Shown in pieces: positions 24,024 to 35,200 of a DNA stretch of 38,475 bases (within the stretch, counting starts at the first letter, position 1; each line of letters begins with the position of its first letter). The stretch comes from Thermoplasmatota archaeon (GTDB lineage: Archaea > Thermoplasmatota > Penumbrarchaeia > Penumbrarchaeales > Penumbrarchaeaceae): positions 1 through 38,475 of the forward strand of contig JARVGK010000030.1 of NCBI GenBank assembly GCA_029762535.1, written 5' to 3'. The position numbers and the translations under genes are program-made. The notes beneath the pieces are model-generated. The model saw only the letters and a program-made list of their open reading frames with translations, was not told where the DNA came from and searched no databases.

Positions 24024-27000
24024 ATGACAGGTTCGGGTAGGATATACCTGGAAGCCCTAACAGGGCCCTTCCATGCGAGCATTTCGATCATAATGGCGCT
24101 ACTGCTTCTGGCATCAGGGAGCCTGAGCGCGGCCCCTGTCGGGTACGGTCCAGGTGATGCCGAAACCCTACCGGGGTCGATCGAGATTACCGGGGACTGG
24201 CTGGTGACGGGGTCCCATACATACTCGAACGAGACGATAGAGGTCGGCGGGAACGTGACGGTCAGGGGGAAGCTCGTGCTTGACGATTCCTCCTTGCTGA
24301 TAAACAACACCGGGACGGTCGTGCGCGGCATCGTGATCGAGTCCGGGGGAACCCTTGTGCTCAGGAACGGTTCGACCATCTCGGGCGTGGCGAGCGATGG
24401 TTTCTATTTCGAGGCGCAGCAGAATAGCAACGTGCTGATCCAGAACTCCACCGTGTTCGGCTGCGGGATCTCGGGATCTGTCCATTCGTTGATGGGGGTC
24501 CATTCGAGCACATCGAACTTCACCATAAACAATTCACGTATCCTCAACGGGGAGGCCGGCCTGGTGGCGGACGGCGGCACCTTCGATGTCTTTGGGCTGT
24601 CCTTGGACGATATGAGGGTGGCAGGTGTCATGCTCCTCAACGGGTCCTATCTGAGGATGATCGACAGCAGCATCCGGTCGGTGAGCGGGTCCGGGATATA
24701 TTCCGAGCTGTCGAACATGACCATGGACAAGGTCGTCTTCGACAACGTGGACGAATCGATCACCGCGGTGAACTCGAGCGCACACATCTCGAGCGCGCTT
24801 CTTCACGGCACGGGGCCTTATCTCATGCAGTTGAAGGGGTGCGATGTGAGGATCGAGGATTCGAATTCGTTCGATCCCCAGGGAGGCGCCGTGATGGTCC
24901 GCGCCGGGGGCGCCTCTCCCGCTGAACTGTTCATGCTGAACTGCTCCCTGCTCGATATCGCCGTTGAGGATGCGCAGGCATCGGTACTCTCCGCCAAACG
25001 CTTCGACGTGAAGGTGGTAAGGGCGCAAGGCCTCCCCGGTGTCGGGGCCCAGGTGGAAATAGCGGACATCGACGGAAAACGGACGTTCATCGGCTCGACC
25101 GACGATAGGGGACTTGTACTCGATGCGGCGATACCTTACCTGAAGCACTCATCCAGTGGAAGAAGGTACCTGACCCCTCATACCGTCTCGGTTTTCCTGG
25201 ACGGGGCAATAAGGCATCGTACGGTCAACCTGACCTCGTCGTACATGGAGACCTTCGAGGTGCTGTTCAGCACGCCCGAGGTGTCCATACTCTCGCCGGT
25301 CAAATATGAGTGGTATCAGGGATCCCCGGTGAGCCTGGTGGCGAGCATCACGGATGTCAGACCCCTATCCGACGTATGGATCCGCGTAGACGGCAGGGCT
25401 GAGGTTCGGGTCGGGGACATGAACGAGCTCTTGATGGACATCCATCTTCAAGACGGCGAGCACACCATACAGGTCATTGCGATGAACGATGACGGCAAGA
25501 CAGGGAACTCCACAGTAACCTTCGGTATCGATTCGATCCCTCCGATCGTCACCATCGATGCCGCATCCAGGGTCCAGTTCACGAACGTTTCGATGCATTA
25601 TATAAGGGGATCATGCTCCGACGACGCGGTGATATGGGTCAGCGGGACGATGTATCCCGTTAACGATGGGAGGTTCCAGGCGCCCTACATGCTCATGGAG
25701 GGTCTCAACAGGATAGAGGTCATCGCCCTGGACAGGGCGGGGAACAGGGACTCTCAGGTATTAGAGATCACACTGGACACGACGCCTCCCACCCTGATCG
25801 TATCCTCCCCGCTCAACGGCACGGGCATAAGGGAGAGCTCCGTCAAGGTCAAGGGCATGGTCGATCCCTCCACGGTGACCCTGCATATAAACGGGGTGGA
25901 GGCCGATATCGATGACGGATACTTCGACCATCTCGTCACGGGTCTTCTCGAGGGGTCCAACACGATAATCCTCGTTGGCACGGATGTCACCGGGTCGATG
26001 ACCGTCAGGAGGATCGCCCTCACGGTGGACACCATACCTCCGGAGATCGTCCTTGTCGGTTTTTCGGAGATCACCAACCAGAAGAGGATAACGATCGAGG
26101 GCATCAGCGACACTCTGGATACCGTTGTATATGTGAACGGGGTGCTCGCGACCGTTAGCGGGTTCGATTTCCAGGCCGAGATCGAGCTTACGGACGGTGA
26201 GAACTGGATCGAGGTCAGGGCGCTGGACCCATTGGGCAACCAGGTGGTCATGGACAGGAACGTGATCCTGGACAGGGAGGCCCCGGCCTTCGAGAGGTTC
26301 GATCCTCCTCACATGACCGTGCTCACGACGAACGTACTGGAGCTGAGGGTGGAGGTCTATGACGAGCTGGGCGTGCGGATCGTGAGGGGCAGGACTGGCG
26401 GATCGCAGTTCAAGGACCTCGAGGAGGGTGCGGAATGGAAATGGGTACTGCTCCTCTCCGAAGGAGAGAACATCCTGGACCTCGAAGCGGTGGACAGGGC
26501 GGGGAACGTTCGAAACTCCCAGGTGGTGTACATCTACCGTCCCCCGGTGTTCGTCGATGATGTCAAGCCCGATGTATGGTTCATCAGGCCCGAGAACGAC
26601 GCTGCCCTGGAGAGGGGGCCGATCATCGTCGAGGGAAGGGCAAAGGACGATGTGGAGCTGGCCTCGGTCTATCTCAGGCTGGACGGCGAGCCCGTACAGG
26701 TCACCGGGCTCGAGAACTGGGTCGTGACGATCGAGCCCGAGACCGGCGCTCATGTTCTCGAGGCCATCGCGATCGACTCATCCGGTAATACGAACTCTAC
26801 CATGATCAGGTTCTTCGTCGTCGATACCAGCACAGGACCTGCCGACGAGGGAGATGGGACGAACCCCTGGGTGCTTTTAATGATAGGTGTGATATTACTC
26901 TTCCTCCTCATCGTCCTGGTCTATCTTGTGATAAACAATATCAGGATCAAGGCCCTGGTGGATGAGAAGCGGCGTATGGACGAGGCATCGTACCGGAGGC

Positions 27001-27083
27001 CCCGCACGCTCGGGAGAACCGCCGGGCGGGGACGTCCGCAGAGGGATAGCTCACGCGGCCGCGGCGGCCCGGGGACCAGATGA
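24024..27083 (+). CDS. Large cell-surface protein: beta-helix-like N-terminus, tandem Ig-like repeats, C-terminal TM anchor
   Basis: Repeats L.EG.N.I...A.D..GN......D..PP. Beta-rich N-terminal region. C-terminal TM with Arg-rich tail. Confidence 0.8.
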   Translation: MTGSGRIYLEALTGPFHASISIIMALLLLASGSLSAAPVGYGPGDAETLPGSIEITGDWLVTGSHTYSNETIEVGGNVTVRGKLVLDDSSLLINNTGTVVRGIVIESGGTLVLRNGSTISGVASDGFYFEAQQNSNVLIQNSTVFGCGISGSVHSLMGVHSSTSNFTINNSRILNGEAGLVADGGTFDVFGLSLDDMRVAGVMLLNGSYLRMIDSSIRSVSGSGIYSELSNMTMDKVVFDNVDESITAVNSSAHISSALLHGTGPYLMQLKGCDVRIEDSNSFDPQGGAVMVRAGGASPAELFMLNCSLLDIAVEDAQASVLSAKRFDVKVVRAQGLPGVGAQVEIADIDGKRTFIGSTDDRGLVLDAAIPYLKHSSSGRRYLTPHTVSVFLDGAIRHRTVNLTSSYMETFEVLFSTPEVSILSPVKYEWYQGSPVSLVASITDVRPLSDVWIRVDGRAEVRVGDMNELLMDIHLQDGEHTIQVIAMNDDGKTGNSTVTFGIDSIPPIVTIDAASRVQFTNVSMHYIRGSCSDDAVIWVSGTMYPVNDGRFQAPYMLMEGLNRIEVIALDRAGNRDSQVLEITLDTTPPTLIVSSPLNGTGIRESSVKVKGMVDPSTVTLHINGVEADIDDGYFDHLVTGLLEGSNTIILVGTDVTGSMTVRRIALTVDTIPPEIVLVGFSEITNQKRITIEGISDTLDTVVYVNGVLATVSGFDFQAEIELTDGENWIEVRALDPLGNQVVMDRNVILDREAPAFERFDPPHMTVLTTNVLELRVEVYDELGVRIVRGRTGGSQFKDLEEGAEWKWVLLLSEGENILDLEAVDRAGNVRNSQVVYIYRPPVFVDDVKPDVWFIRPENDAALERGPIIVEGRAKDDVELASVYLRLDGEPVQVTGLENWVVTIEPETGAHVLEAIAIDSSGNTNSTMIRFFVVDTSTGPADEGDGTNPWVLLMIGVILLFLLIVLVYLVINNIRIKALVDEKRRMDEASYRRPRTLGRTAGRGRPQRDSSRGRGGPGTR

Positions 27084-27159
27084 GCATTTCGTCACATGGC
27101 ATCAAAATATATACAAGGCGGGAAATCCTGCGGGTGTTCAGATCGAACCGGTGACTTCC

Positions 27160-28473
27160 ATGGACGGTGAGTACAGAAGCGTCAGAGAGGTGCAGTCCTC
27201 AGAATTCGACGGCAGGGAGGCGTTCGTCAGAGGCTGGATACACAGGACCAGGTCCAGCAACAAGTACGTTTTCATCGTTTTAAGGGATTCCACCGGGATC
27301 ATCCAATGCGTGGGCTCCAGGGAGGATATCCCGGACCTCTTCGATATCGCAAAGGAGCTGCTCGTTGAGTCCTCGGTGAGGTTGAAGGGAAAGGTGAAGA
27401 AGGACGATCGGGCCCCGGGCGGTTACGAGCTCCACATGACCGGCATCGAGGTGGTCCATGCCGCCGAGCGGTTCCCGATAACGAAGGACCAGAGCGAGGA
27501 GTTCCTCAGGGACAACAAGCATCTCTGGATCAGGTCCAGAAGGATGAACGCGATACTGAAGGTCCGCTCCACTGTCACAGGGGCGATCCATTCATTCTTC
27601 AGGGAGAGAGGATATCATGAGTTCACTCCTCCGATATTCACCCCGAACGCGTGCGAGGGAGGATCCACCCTCTTCGAGGTCAAGTACTACGATTCGACCA
27701 TATTCCTCACACAGTCATGGCAGCTATATGCCGAGGCGGCGATATTCTCCCTGGAGAGGATATACGACGTCTCCCCTACCTTCAGGGCGGAGAGGTCCAA
27801 GACCTCAAGGCATCTCTCCGAGTTCTGGATGGCCGAGATGGAGGCGGCCTGGATCGGCTATCTGGACGCCGTCAGGATCGCCCAGGACGAGGTCAAGCAC
27901 ATATTGGGACGAGTCCTGAATGAGAACATGGAGGATCTGGAACTGCTGGGTGCGGAGCCTGAGAGGTTGAGGAAGTCCCTTGACGTGGAATGGCCCGTGA
28001 TCACCTACACGGAAGCGCTTGATATCCTAAAGGAAAAGTGCAATATGGACGTCGAATGGGGAAAGGACCTGAGGACGATCGAGGAGGAGAGGCTCATGGA
28101 AAATTTCTCCACCCCGGTCACGGTCATTCAATATCCAAAGGAGGTCATGGCCTTCTACAAGCCTGTGGAGGAGGGAGCGGATGCGCCCGGCCCGGTCGCC
28201 AAATGCTTCGACATGCTCGCTCCTGGGGGGTACGGCGAGATCATTGGTGGATCGGAGAGGGATATGGACATCGGATCGCTCAAGGCCGCCCTGGAGAGGG
28301 AGGGCGAATCCGTTGAGAACTACGATTGGTATCTCGACCTGAGGCGCTACGGATCGGTCCAGCATTCGGGCTACGGCCTGGGAGTGGAGAGGCTGATAGC
28401 GTGGATATGCAAGCTCGACAACATCAAGGACGCGATCCCCTTTCCGAGGACCTTGAATCGGGTGAGACCTTGA
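27160..28473 (+). CDS. asnS: Asparagine--tRNA ligase
   Basis: OB-fold RGW..R....FIVLRD.TG.IQ.V, CEGGSTLF, QS.QLY.E, FRAE.S.T.RHL.EFWM.E.E, GEIIGGS.R, HSG.GLG.ER, IPFPR. Start set at ATG 27160. Confidence 0.92.
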   Translation: MDGEYRSVREVQSSEFDGREAFVRGWIHRTRSSNKYVFIVLRDSTGIIQCVGSREDIPDLFDIAKELLVESSVRLKGKVKKDDRAPGGYELHMTGIEVVHAAERFPITKDQSEEFLRDNKHLWIRSRRMNAILKVRSTVTGAIHSFFRERGYHEFTPPIFTPNACEGGSTLFEVKYYDSTIFLTQSWQLYAEAAIFSLERIYDVSPTFRAERSKTSRHLSEFWMAEMEAAWIGYLDAVRIAQDEVKHILGRVLNENMEDLELLGAEPERLRKSLDVEWPVITYTEALDILKEKCNMDVEWGKDLRTIEEERLMENFSTPVTVIQYPKEVMAFYKPVEEGADAPGPVAKCFDMLAPGGYGEIIGGSERDMDIGSLKAALEREGESVENYDWYLDLRRYGSVQHSGYGLGVERLIAWICKLDNIKDAIPFPRTLNRVRP

Positions 28474-28555
28474 GGCCAACAGCTTACACGGGCATAGAAT
28501 TAATATACCATTCCTGGCCTAGATGTGGGGCCGCATCGTACGGAGGTGCATAGAT

Positions 28556-31500
28556 ATGAGGACCCTTTCTTTGATCTGCATCGCGATCGTGATATCCTCC
28601 GGAATATCGATCCTTGCGATCGGATCGGACGAGTGTCAGGATCCCGAAAACAAAACCCTGACCTGGGAACAATCGGCACCTGTTATCGCCCCATTCGATG
28701 GGGGCCCGCAGGAGCGATCCCCCGTCAGGTCCGATGCCCCTCTGACCACCAAGGTCGTTGACGAGGTGGAGAGCAACAACGACTGGTTGTCCGCGAACAA
28801 GCTGCCGAGCGATCCCGATTCCAGCTTCGAGCTTCACGGGAACATCTCCCCGGTCAACGATTTCGATTTCTTCTATTTCACCCTGCAGGGTGGGGCGGGC
28901 CCGGTGGATCGGGTCACGATCACACCGCTATGGCTGGACACCGATTACTCTGACGATTTAATCGTGGCATGGATATGGGCCTTTTATCCTATGAACTCCC
29001 TGAACCACAATCCCGCCGACGAGATCTCCATAGCCCTCGAGTTTTGGGGTTCGGACAGCACCTTCTGGAGGTCCCTGTCGTTCGACGCTTCGTATTCGGG
29101 CATATACGGGATGATAATCAGGTATCCTTCGGCCCCCCTCCAGGGGCCGATGGCCTACAACTTCTCCATATCCATAGACAGGGTGACCCCCCGCGATCCA
29201 TACAACGATATGGAAAGCTCCATGCATCTGAACATGTCGCAACAGATCATATCTTCCGATATGATAACCAACAGGGACACCTTCGATTGGTTCTACCTTA
29301 TCGCCCCGGATCCGGTCCATCCGACCCAGCTCGCCCTCACGTTCTCGATGAGCGGGACCTACCCCGATCGGATTTTTGGCCAATACGAGTATGGTATACA
29401 GGTGGACGTGTTCGTCTATTACGATTCCAGGTCCGATCCGGGGAACTACGCTCTCGAGCGGTTCAAAATATCTCCCAAGCCGAACTTCCAGAGCGCCGGA
29501 TGCATGGCTCCCCCCGCATCCATCGTGGTTAGCAGGAACTGCACGCAGATGTACGTCGGATTTTTGATAATGACCTTCGGTATGGACGCTTCAGGCCTCA
29601 GGCAATACAGTAATGAAGTAGGGAACACCAATTACAATGCCGATTTCAAGATAGAGGCGCTGATTCCCAACAACAGGCCGGTTCTTCGGAACGGGTCAGT
29701 GGACCCTATGTACGGGAACTCACAGACGATATTCAAATACAGCGTGCTGTACATCGACTGGAACAACCAGACCCCTGCCTCATTGGAGCTGTGGGTCAAC
29801 GGGAGGTACCTCCGGTCCCTATCCCCGGACGACAGCCACAGGGACCATGTCCTGGGCGTGACGTACTCCGTCTCTGTTCCCGGGTCCGCGATAGGTCCGA
29901 ACCAGTTGAACACCTTCAATTTCTCAGCGAGCGACGGGGAGGACATTGCCCTGTTCCGTTCCGACGGCCTAGGACCGTTCTCGGGCCCGATCATCAACGA
30001 CAACCTACCTCCAAAGGCGACCGTCAGTTCCCCGTACACGATCGATATGAAGGAGGACCAGGAGGACCTTTGGCTGCACCTCGAGCCGCTTTTCACGGAT
30101 CCGGACGATACCACGGTGTTCTCATACCAGATAATGGACCAGGACGGGGATTGGGGCATACAGTACGATGACGGCGAGATAAAGGCCAGGATATACAATA
30201 ACGGGACCTTCAAAGATCCGGACCATTGGTTGTCCATATCAACGAGGGAGGATGTCAACGGGATCTTCATGCTCAGGATAAACGCCTCCGACAACGCCTT
30301 CTATCCGGAATACGCCGAGCTCGATCTGAGGATCGTCGTGGAGAACGTCAACGACAGGCCAGTTATCGAGATGGTGGGCAACGTTAGGCTCGAATCCCGA
30401 ACGAGGATAGACCTCGACACCGAACAGGGCAAGAGGGTCAACCTGCAGGTCCTGGCCACCGATGTGGACGGCGACCCTCTTACGTATCACTGGGATATAG
30501 CCTCCGTGCTCCACGGAGCGAAGAAGGGGGTCAATTTCGATCTTAACGCCTCGAGCGGCGAACTATGGTTCATCACCTCGGACCCCGACGTCCCGCAGCT
30601 TATGACGACCCTTACCGTGAGCGACCCTTATGGTGAATTCTCCAATGTCGAGGTCCTATTCTATGTCGACAACGTGAACGATCCCCCCTCGATATTCGTC
30701 CCGCCGAGGAAGGCGACCTTCGAGGGCGAATCGGTATACATCAACCCTGTGGCATCGGACCCGGACCTTGACAAGGGGGATTTCCTGACCTTCTACCTGA
30801 ACCTCGGGGCGCTCGCGTTCGTCGCCCCTCCCAATGCGATAGAGTTCGATCCGGAGACCGGGAGGCTGGTCGTTCATGCGATCGCCGAGGCGATGAACGG
30901 CGAATGGGAGATCAACATATCCGTTTCGGACCTTGAAATGGAGGTCGCATGGGGGGTATGCCATCTAACGATAGAGAACAAGAACGATGCCCCCGTGGCC
31001 CGCGACATCAACGCGGATGTGAGGGAGAAGAACCTCACCGTGTCGTTCTTCACCCAGCCGGGTTTCGACGAGGACGGCGACGACATCATATACATCTGGG
31101 ACTTCGGGGACGGCTCCCCGGAGCTGTCCGATATCGATCTCAGGAGGGTCACCCATACATATTCAAGGGCCGGCGCTTACACGGTCACCCTCAAGCTCTC
31201 GGATACAATGGCCTTCTCCGAGGAGAAGACGCTCCTCGTCCAGGTGACCGAGCCCGATCCGGTTCCGGACCTTGACAACGACGGTATGCTCGATGAATGG
31301 GAGGTCCGCTCCGGTTTGAACCCGAACGATCCGAAAGATGCCGATATGGACCCTGACGGGGACGGCCTCACCAACCTCCAGGAGTTCCTCTACTATCAGG
31401 AGACCGGAAGGTACATCAACCCTATGAACCCCGATACCGACGGGGACGGCTGGAGCGATCTCGAGGAGATCCGGGAAGGGACGGACCCCACCGATCCGTC

Positions 31501-32035
31501 ATCATATCCCAGCCCCAAGTACGCCGATATCGAGTTGCTCTTCATGGTCCTGGGCTCTCTTCTCATACTTTTCGCACTCGTGCTCCTGTTCATATTCCTT
31601 GTGATAAGGAGAAGGAACAAAGCGGCCGGCGCCTTCATTCTGCCACCGGCCCAGCCTATTGCTGCTCCACAATACGACCAGATGCCTCCCAACCAGCAAG
31701 GATATCTGACGGGGCCTGATGGAGATCATTACCTTCCTCCACCCGTTCAAGACCATACTCTGCCTCCTTATCCTCCGGTAGAGGGGCAGCAGCCGGAGAG
31801 TCCGGCACCCCAGTTCCCCGATATGTCCCAGGGAGCGGAAATGGAACAGAACCCTCAATACGAGGATATGTACGGGATACTCGAGGAGAGTGCAGAGGAT
31901 CCTGTGGGCGAGAACGTCGTGACATCGCCTTCGGAAGGTCCCATGGATCATGGGGACCCTTCTCCCCCGGTGGAACCACCCCATGCGGAACAGCAGGGGG
32001 ATGAGCCCTCCCCGGATGAGGTTTCGACATCCTGA
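28556..32035 (+). CDS. Large secreted/membrane-anchored protein with cadherin/Ig-like repeats, PKD domain and TSP3-like Ca-binding repeats
   Basis: Signal peptide, E.ESNN motif, V.NVND.P repeats, DVDGD, WDFGDG..VTHTY..AG.YTVTL (PKD), DGDG..N..E repeats, TM and Pro-rich tail. Confidence 0.82.
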   Translation: MRTLSLICIAIVISSGISILAIGSDECQDPENKTLTWEQSAPVIAPFDGGPQERSPVRSDAPLTTKVVDEVESNNDWLSANKLPSDPDSSFELHGNISPVNDFDFFYFTLQGGAGPVDRVTITPLWLDTDYSDDLIVAWIWAFYPMNSLNHNPADEISIALEFWGSDSTFWRSLSFDASYSGIYGMIIRYPSAPLQGPMAYNFSISIDRVTPRDPYNDMESSMHLNMSQQIISSDMITNRDTFDWFYLIAPDPVHPTQLALTFSMSGTYPDRIFGQYEYGIQVDVFVYYDSRSDPGNYALERFKISPKPNFQSAGCMAPPASIVVSRNCTQMYVGFLIMTFGMDASGLRQYSNEVGNTNYNADFKIEALIPNNRPVLRNGSVDPMYGNSQTIFKYSVLYIDWNNQTPASLELWVNGRYLRSLSPDDSHRDHVLGVTYSVSVPGSAIGPNQLNTFNFSASDGEDIALFRSDGLGPFSGPIINDNLPPKATVSSPYTIDMKEDQEDLWLHLEPLFTDPDDTTVFSYQIMDQDGDWGIQYDDGEIKARIYNNGTFKDPDHWLSISTREDVNGIFMLRINASDNAFYPEYAELDLRIVVENVNDRPVIEMVGNVRLESRTRIDLDTEQGKRVNLQVLATDVDGDPLTYHWDIASVLHGAKKGVNFDLNASSGELWFITSDPDVPQLMTTLTVSDPYGEFSNVEVLFYVDNVNDPPSIFVPPRKATFEGESVYINPVASDPDLDKGDFLTFYLNLGALAFVAPPNAIEFDPETGRLVVHAIAEAMNGEWEINISVSDLEMEVAWGVCHLTIENKNDAPVARDINADVREKNLTVSFFTQPGFDEDGDDIIYIWDFGDGSPELSDIDLRRVTHTYSRAGAYTVTLKLSDTMAFSEEKTLLVQVTEPDPVPDLDNDGMLDEWEVRSGLNPNDPKDADMDPDGDGLTNLQEFLYYQETGRYINPMNPDTDGDGWSDLEEIREGTDPTDPSSYPSPKYADIELLFMVLGSLLILFALVLLFIFLVIRRRNKAAGAFILPPAQPIAAPQYDQMPPNQQGYLTGPDGDHYLPPPVQDHTLPPYPPVEGQQPESPAPQFPDMSQGAEMEQNPQYEDMYGILEESAEDPVGENVVTSPSEGPMDHGDPSPPVEPPHAEQQGDEPSPDEVSTS

Positions 32036-32214
32036 GGCGTTCTCTCGATGTCTCATGTGCCGGTTAATTTTATATACATTCCGATGAGCTCGAAGCCTAG
32101 GCCAAGAACTGTCCGGAAAGCCATTGCTTAGGCGGTCCAAAACCTTTAATAAAGTAGTGGCCATACAAAGGCGTCAATTCAGGGCCAACACTGTATATCG
32201 GGAGGCAGGAAGAA

Positions 32215-35200
32215 ATGGTATCGTTAGCTTTTCTGGAAAACCTGAAGAAGGAGCAGACGCTCATAGTCGTCGGGGCAATGGTCCTCGCGACCGTCATGGG
32301 GGCTCTTCTTCTCTGGTTCTTCACCGCAGATGACATTACGGCAATAGAGGAGGAGAGCACATGGCAGACGGCCCAGCGAGATCCGTTCGGGGTCGAGAAG
32401 GCGGATTCGGACGTAGTCACCATAGGTGACGTTACGATCCCCTGGCCCGACAAGCTCTCCGACATCGAGGAGAACTATATCTGGGGTACCGATTACCGCC
32501 ACCCGGATACGGACCGTGACGGCATGGAGGACGGCTGGGAAGCCCTCTACGCCAGACCCAATCCGATCACTGGAAGGCTCACGATAGATCCCAACGTATG
32601 GGATCCCTACGAGAACCCCGACGGCGACGGTTTCGACCTCAATGGAAACGGGGTCATCGACAAGCATGAAGCACTGTTCAACCTGAGGGAGTACGTAGGC
32701 GGGGTCGAGTGGGACTGGGTGAAGGGCCATTTCACTGACAACGATACGGTCTTCGGCGGGCTCAACCCGGAGTTCAACTGGCAGGAGATCGGGATGAGGG
32801 GCGGTTTCCACCTCTACGACGACCCCCTGGACGGTATCTTCGGGGACAGGACCAACCCCGATGACGATCTCTTCGACGATTACCTCAGATACAATCCGTA
32901 CCTCCCCGATATCTTCAAGCCCGTGACCACGAACCCCTCGCTGTGGGATACCGACGGCGACGGCATAGACGACGGCTGGGAGCTTCATTATGCCAGGATA
33001 TTCGATACGGAATATTTTGACGAGGGGGAGACCAGGGTATATCAGGGTTCGGTGAACACCTTCCTCGAGGCCATAATCGAGGGTCCGTTATACTATATCG
33101 AGGTTGACGGCAAGGAAGTCGAGTTCAAGCCCGGGATGATAAGCCCTCTGAACCCCGCCGATGCCCGCTATGATATGGACGTAAGATTCGGGTACACCGT
33201 CTCCAACGGCGTCAAGACCGAAGTGATGATCTACGCAAGGGACGATTTGAACAACCTCGAGGAGTACGAGAACCAAACCTCTCCCCTGTTGTGGGACACG
33301 GATGGGGACTCGTATTACAACGCGATCAAGGGGACGTTCTACAACCTCAACGATTTCATCGAGGTCAACATCGAATATACCCAGTCCGCGGTCGATTGGA
33401 GCAACGATGGTCTGCTGAACTTCAAGACATGTCCGTTCAAGGCCGACACCGACGGCGACGGCATGCCGGACGGCTGGGAGCTGTCCTCGAACCTCGATCC
33501 TCTCAATTCTTCGGACCGTTTCAAGGACCTCGACGGCGATGGCCTGCCGAACTATCTGGAGATGGCCTTCCCCAACAGGGAGAACATGTGGTTCCAGACG
33601 GATCCCCTTAACCCGGATACCGACGGCGACGGCATGCTCGACGGCTGGGAGGCTTACAACGCCATGATCATATCCAGGTCGCCCGCGCTGAATCTCAAGG
33701 AGGACCTGGAGGATAAGATAATCGACGGTTTCAAGACCATATATACCGTGTCTCCCATGATCGCTGACGGGGAGGAGGACAACGACGGGACCTGGAACAT
33801 CACTGATACGGGCGAGGTGATATACGTACGGACCCCGGACGGTCTGACCAATTACGAGGAGTTCATCGGCACCACGCAGTATCCAGTGTCCACGAATCCC
33901 AACTATCCGGATACCGATGGTGACGGTCTGTTCGACGGCGTCGAGCTGAAAGTTGGCTTCGTTGGAGAACTGATCGGAGGCATATACTACACCAATCCCG
34001 ATATCGCCGGCACATACTACACGAACGCGACCCTCGCCGATTCCGACAACGATTGGGGGGGATCCGAGATCATCGGCCAGAGGGGAAACACCTCGAGAAG
34101 GCTCGACGACTGGGAGGAGACCAACGGCATAACGAAGTACGTCCTGCCTCCAAACGGCTTCGACGATGACGGGGACGGCGTCATCGACAACGAGGGCGAG
34201 AAGCTCGTTTTCTCTCCCACGAACGCGACCAATCCCGACAGCGATCTGGACGGATGGCTGGACGTTGACGAGCTCTTCGGCATAGACACCACGCTTCTGT
34301 GGTCCGAATCCCCTCTCGGCATAGTCAGGACCGATCCGAACAAATGGGATACTGACAACGACATGATGTCGGATTACGACGAGTTGATATACATCCCAAA
34401 TTACAGGCCCTGGATAACCGATCCGAACAACCCCGACACTGATGGGGACGGAATGGAGGACGGCCTCGAGAACACCGTTGACTTCTTCCCGCTCATCGAT
34501 TGGAACAAGAACGACAATTACGATGCGAACGGAGACGGGGATTACGATGATGAGGGCGATATCTTCTCAACAGTCGACCGAACCAATCCCACGATGTGGG
34601 ACACGGACCAGGACTCTCTCCCTGACGGCTGGGAGTACCGCATGGGCAAATGCATCAAGAACGAGAAGAACAAGCGGATGATACAGGAGTACGACAAGAT
34701 ATACCGTACCAACTACTGGAACGAACTGCTCGAGGGCCAGTTCTTCTGGATAATCAACCCGCTCATCGCATCCGATGTGTTCGACGATCCCGACAGGGAC
34801 GGTCTGAACAACCGCCAGGAGTACGAGAACGGCACGGACCCGTTAAATCCCGATACTGACGGCGACGGCATGCCGGACGGGTGGGAGCTGGATTCCAAGA
34901 ACAGGGGCCCGCCCATCTATCACCCCCAGAAGAGGAAGTACGTCTATCATCTCAACCCGCTCTCCCCGCCGAACGAGCCGGACTGGTGCCTGGACGCGGA
35001 CCATGACGGTTTCATCTACTCGATCTGGACGCCGAGAGATATCACGAAGTCCAGCTTCGATCTGGTGTTCTACTACTTCCCGTTCATCAACCTCTACGAG
35101 TATCAATATGGTATAGACCTCGACGGTGACGGGATCAACGATATCACTACCTCTCCCGCCCCCAGGCTGCCGGAAAGCGGTATGATGGGTGGATACGACA

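Noticed and set aside
26962-27159. 66-aa N-extension of AsnRS
   Set aside because: Overlaps the upstream gene end and spans a TATA-like box (about 27104-27113); ATG 27160 is more plausible.
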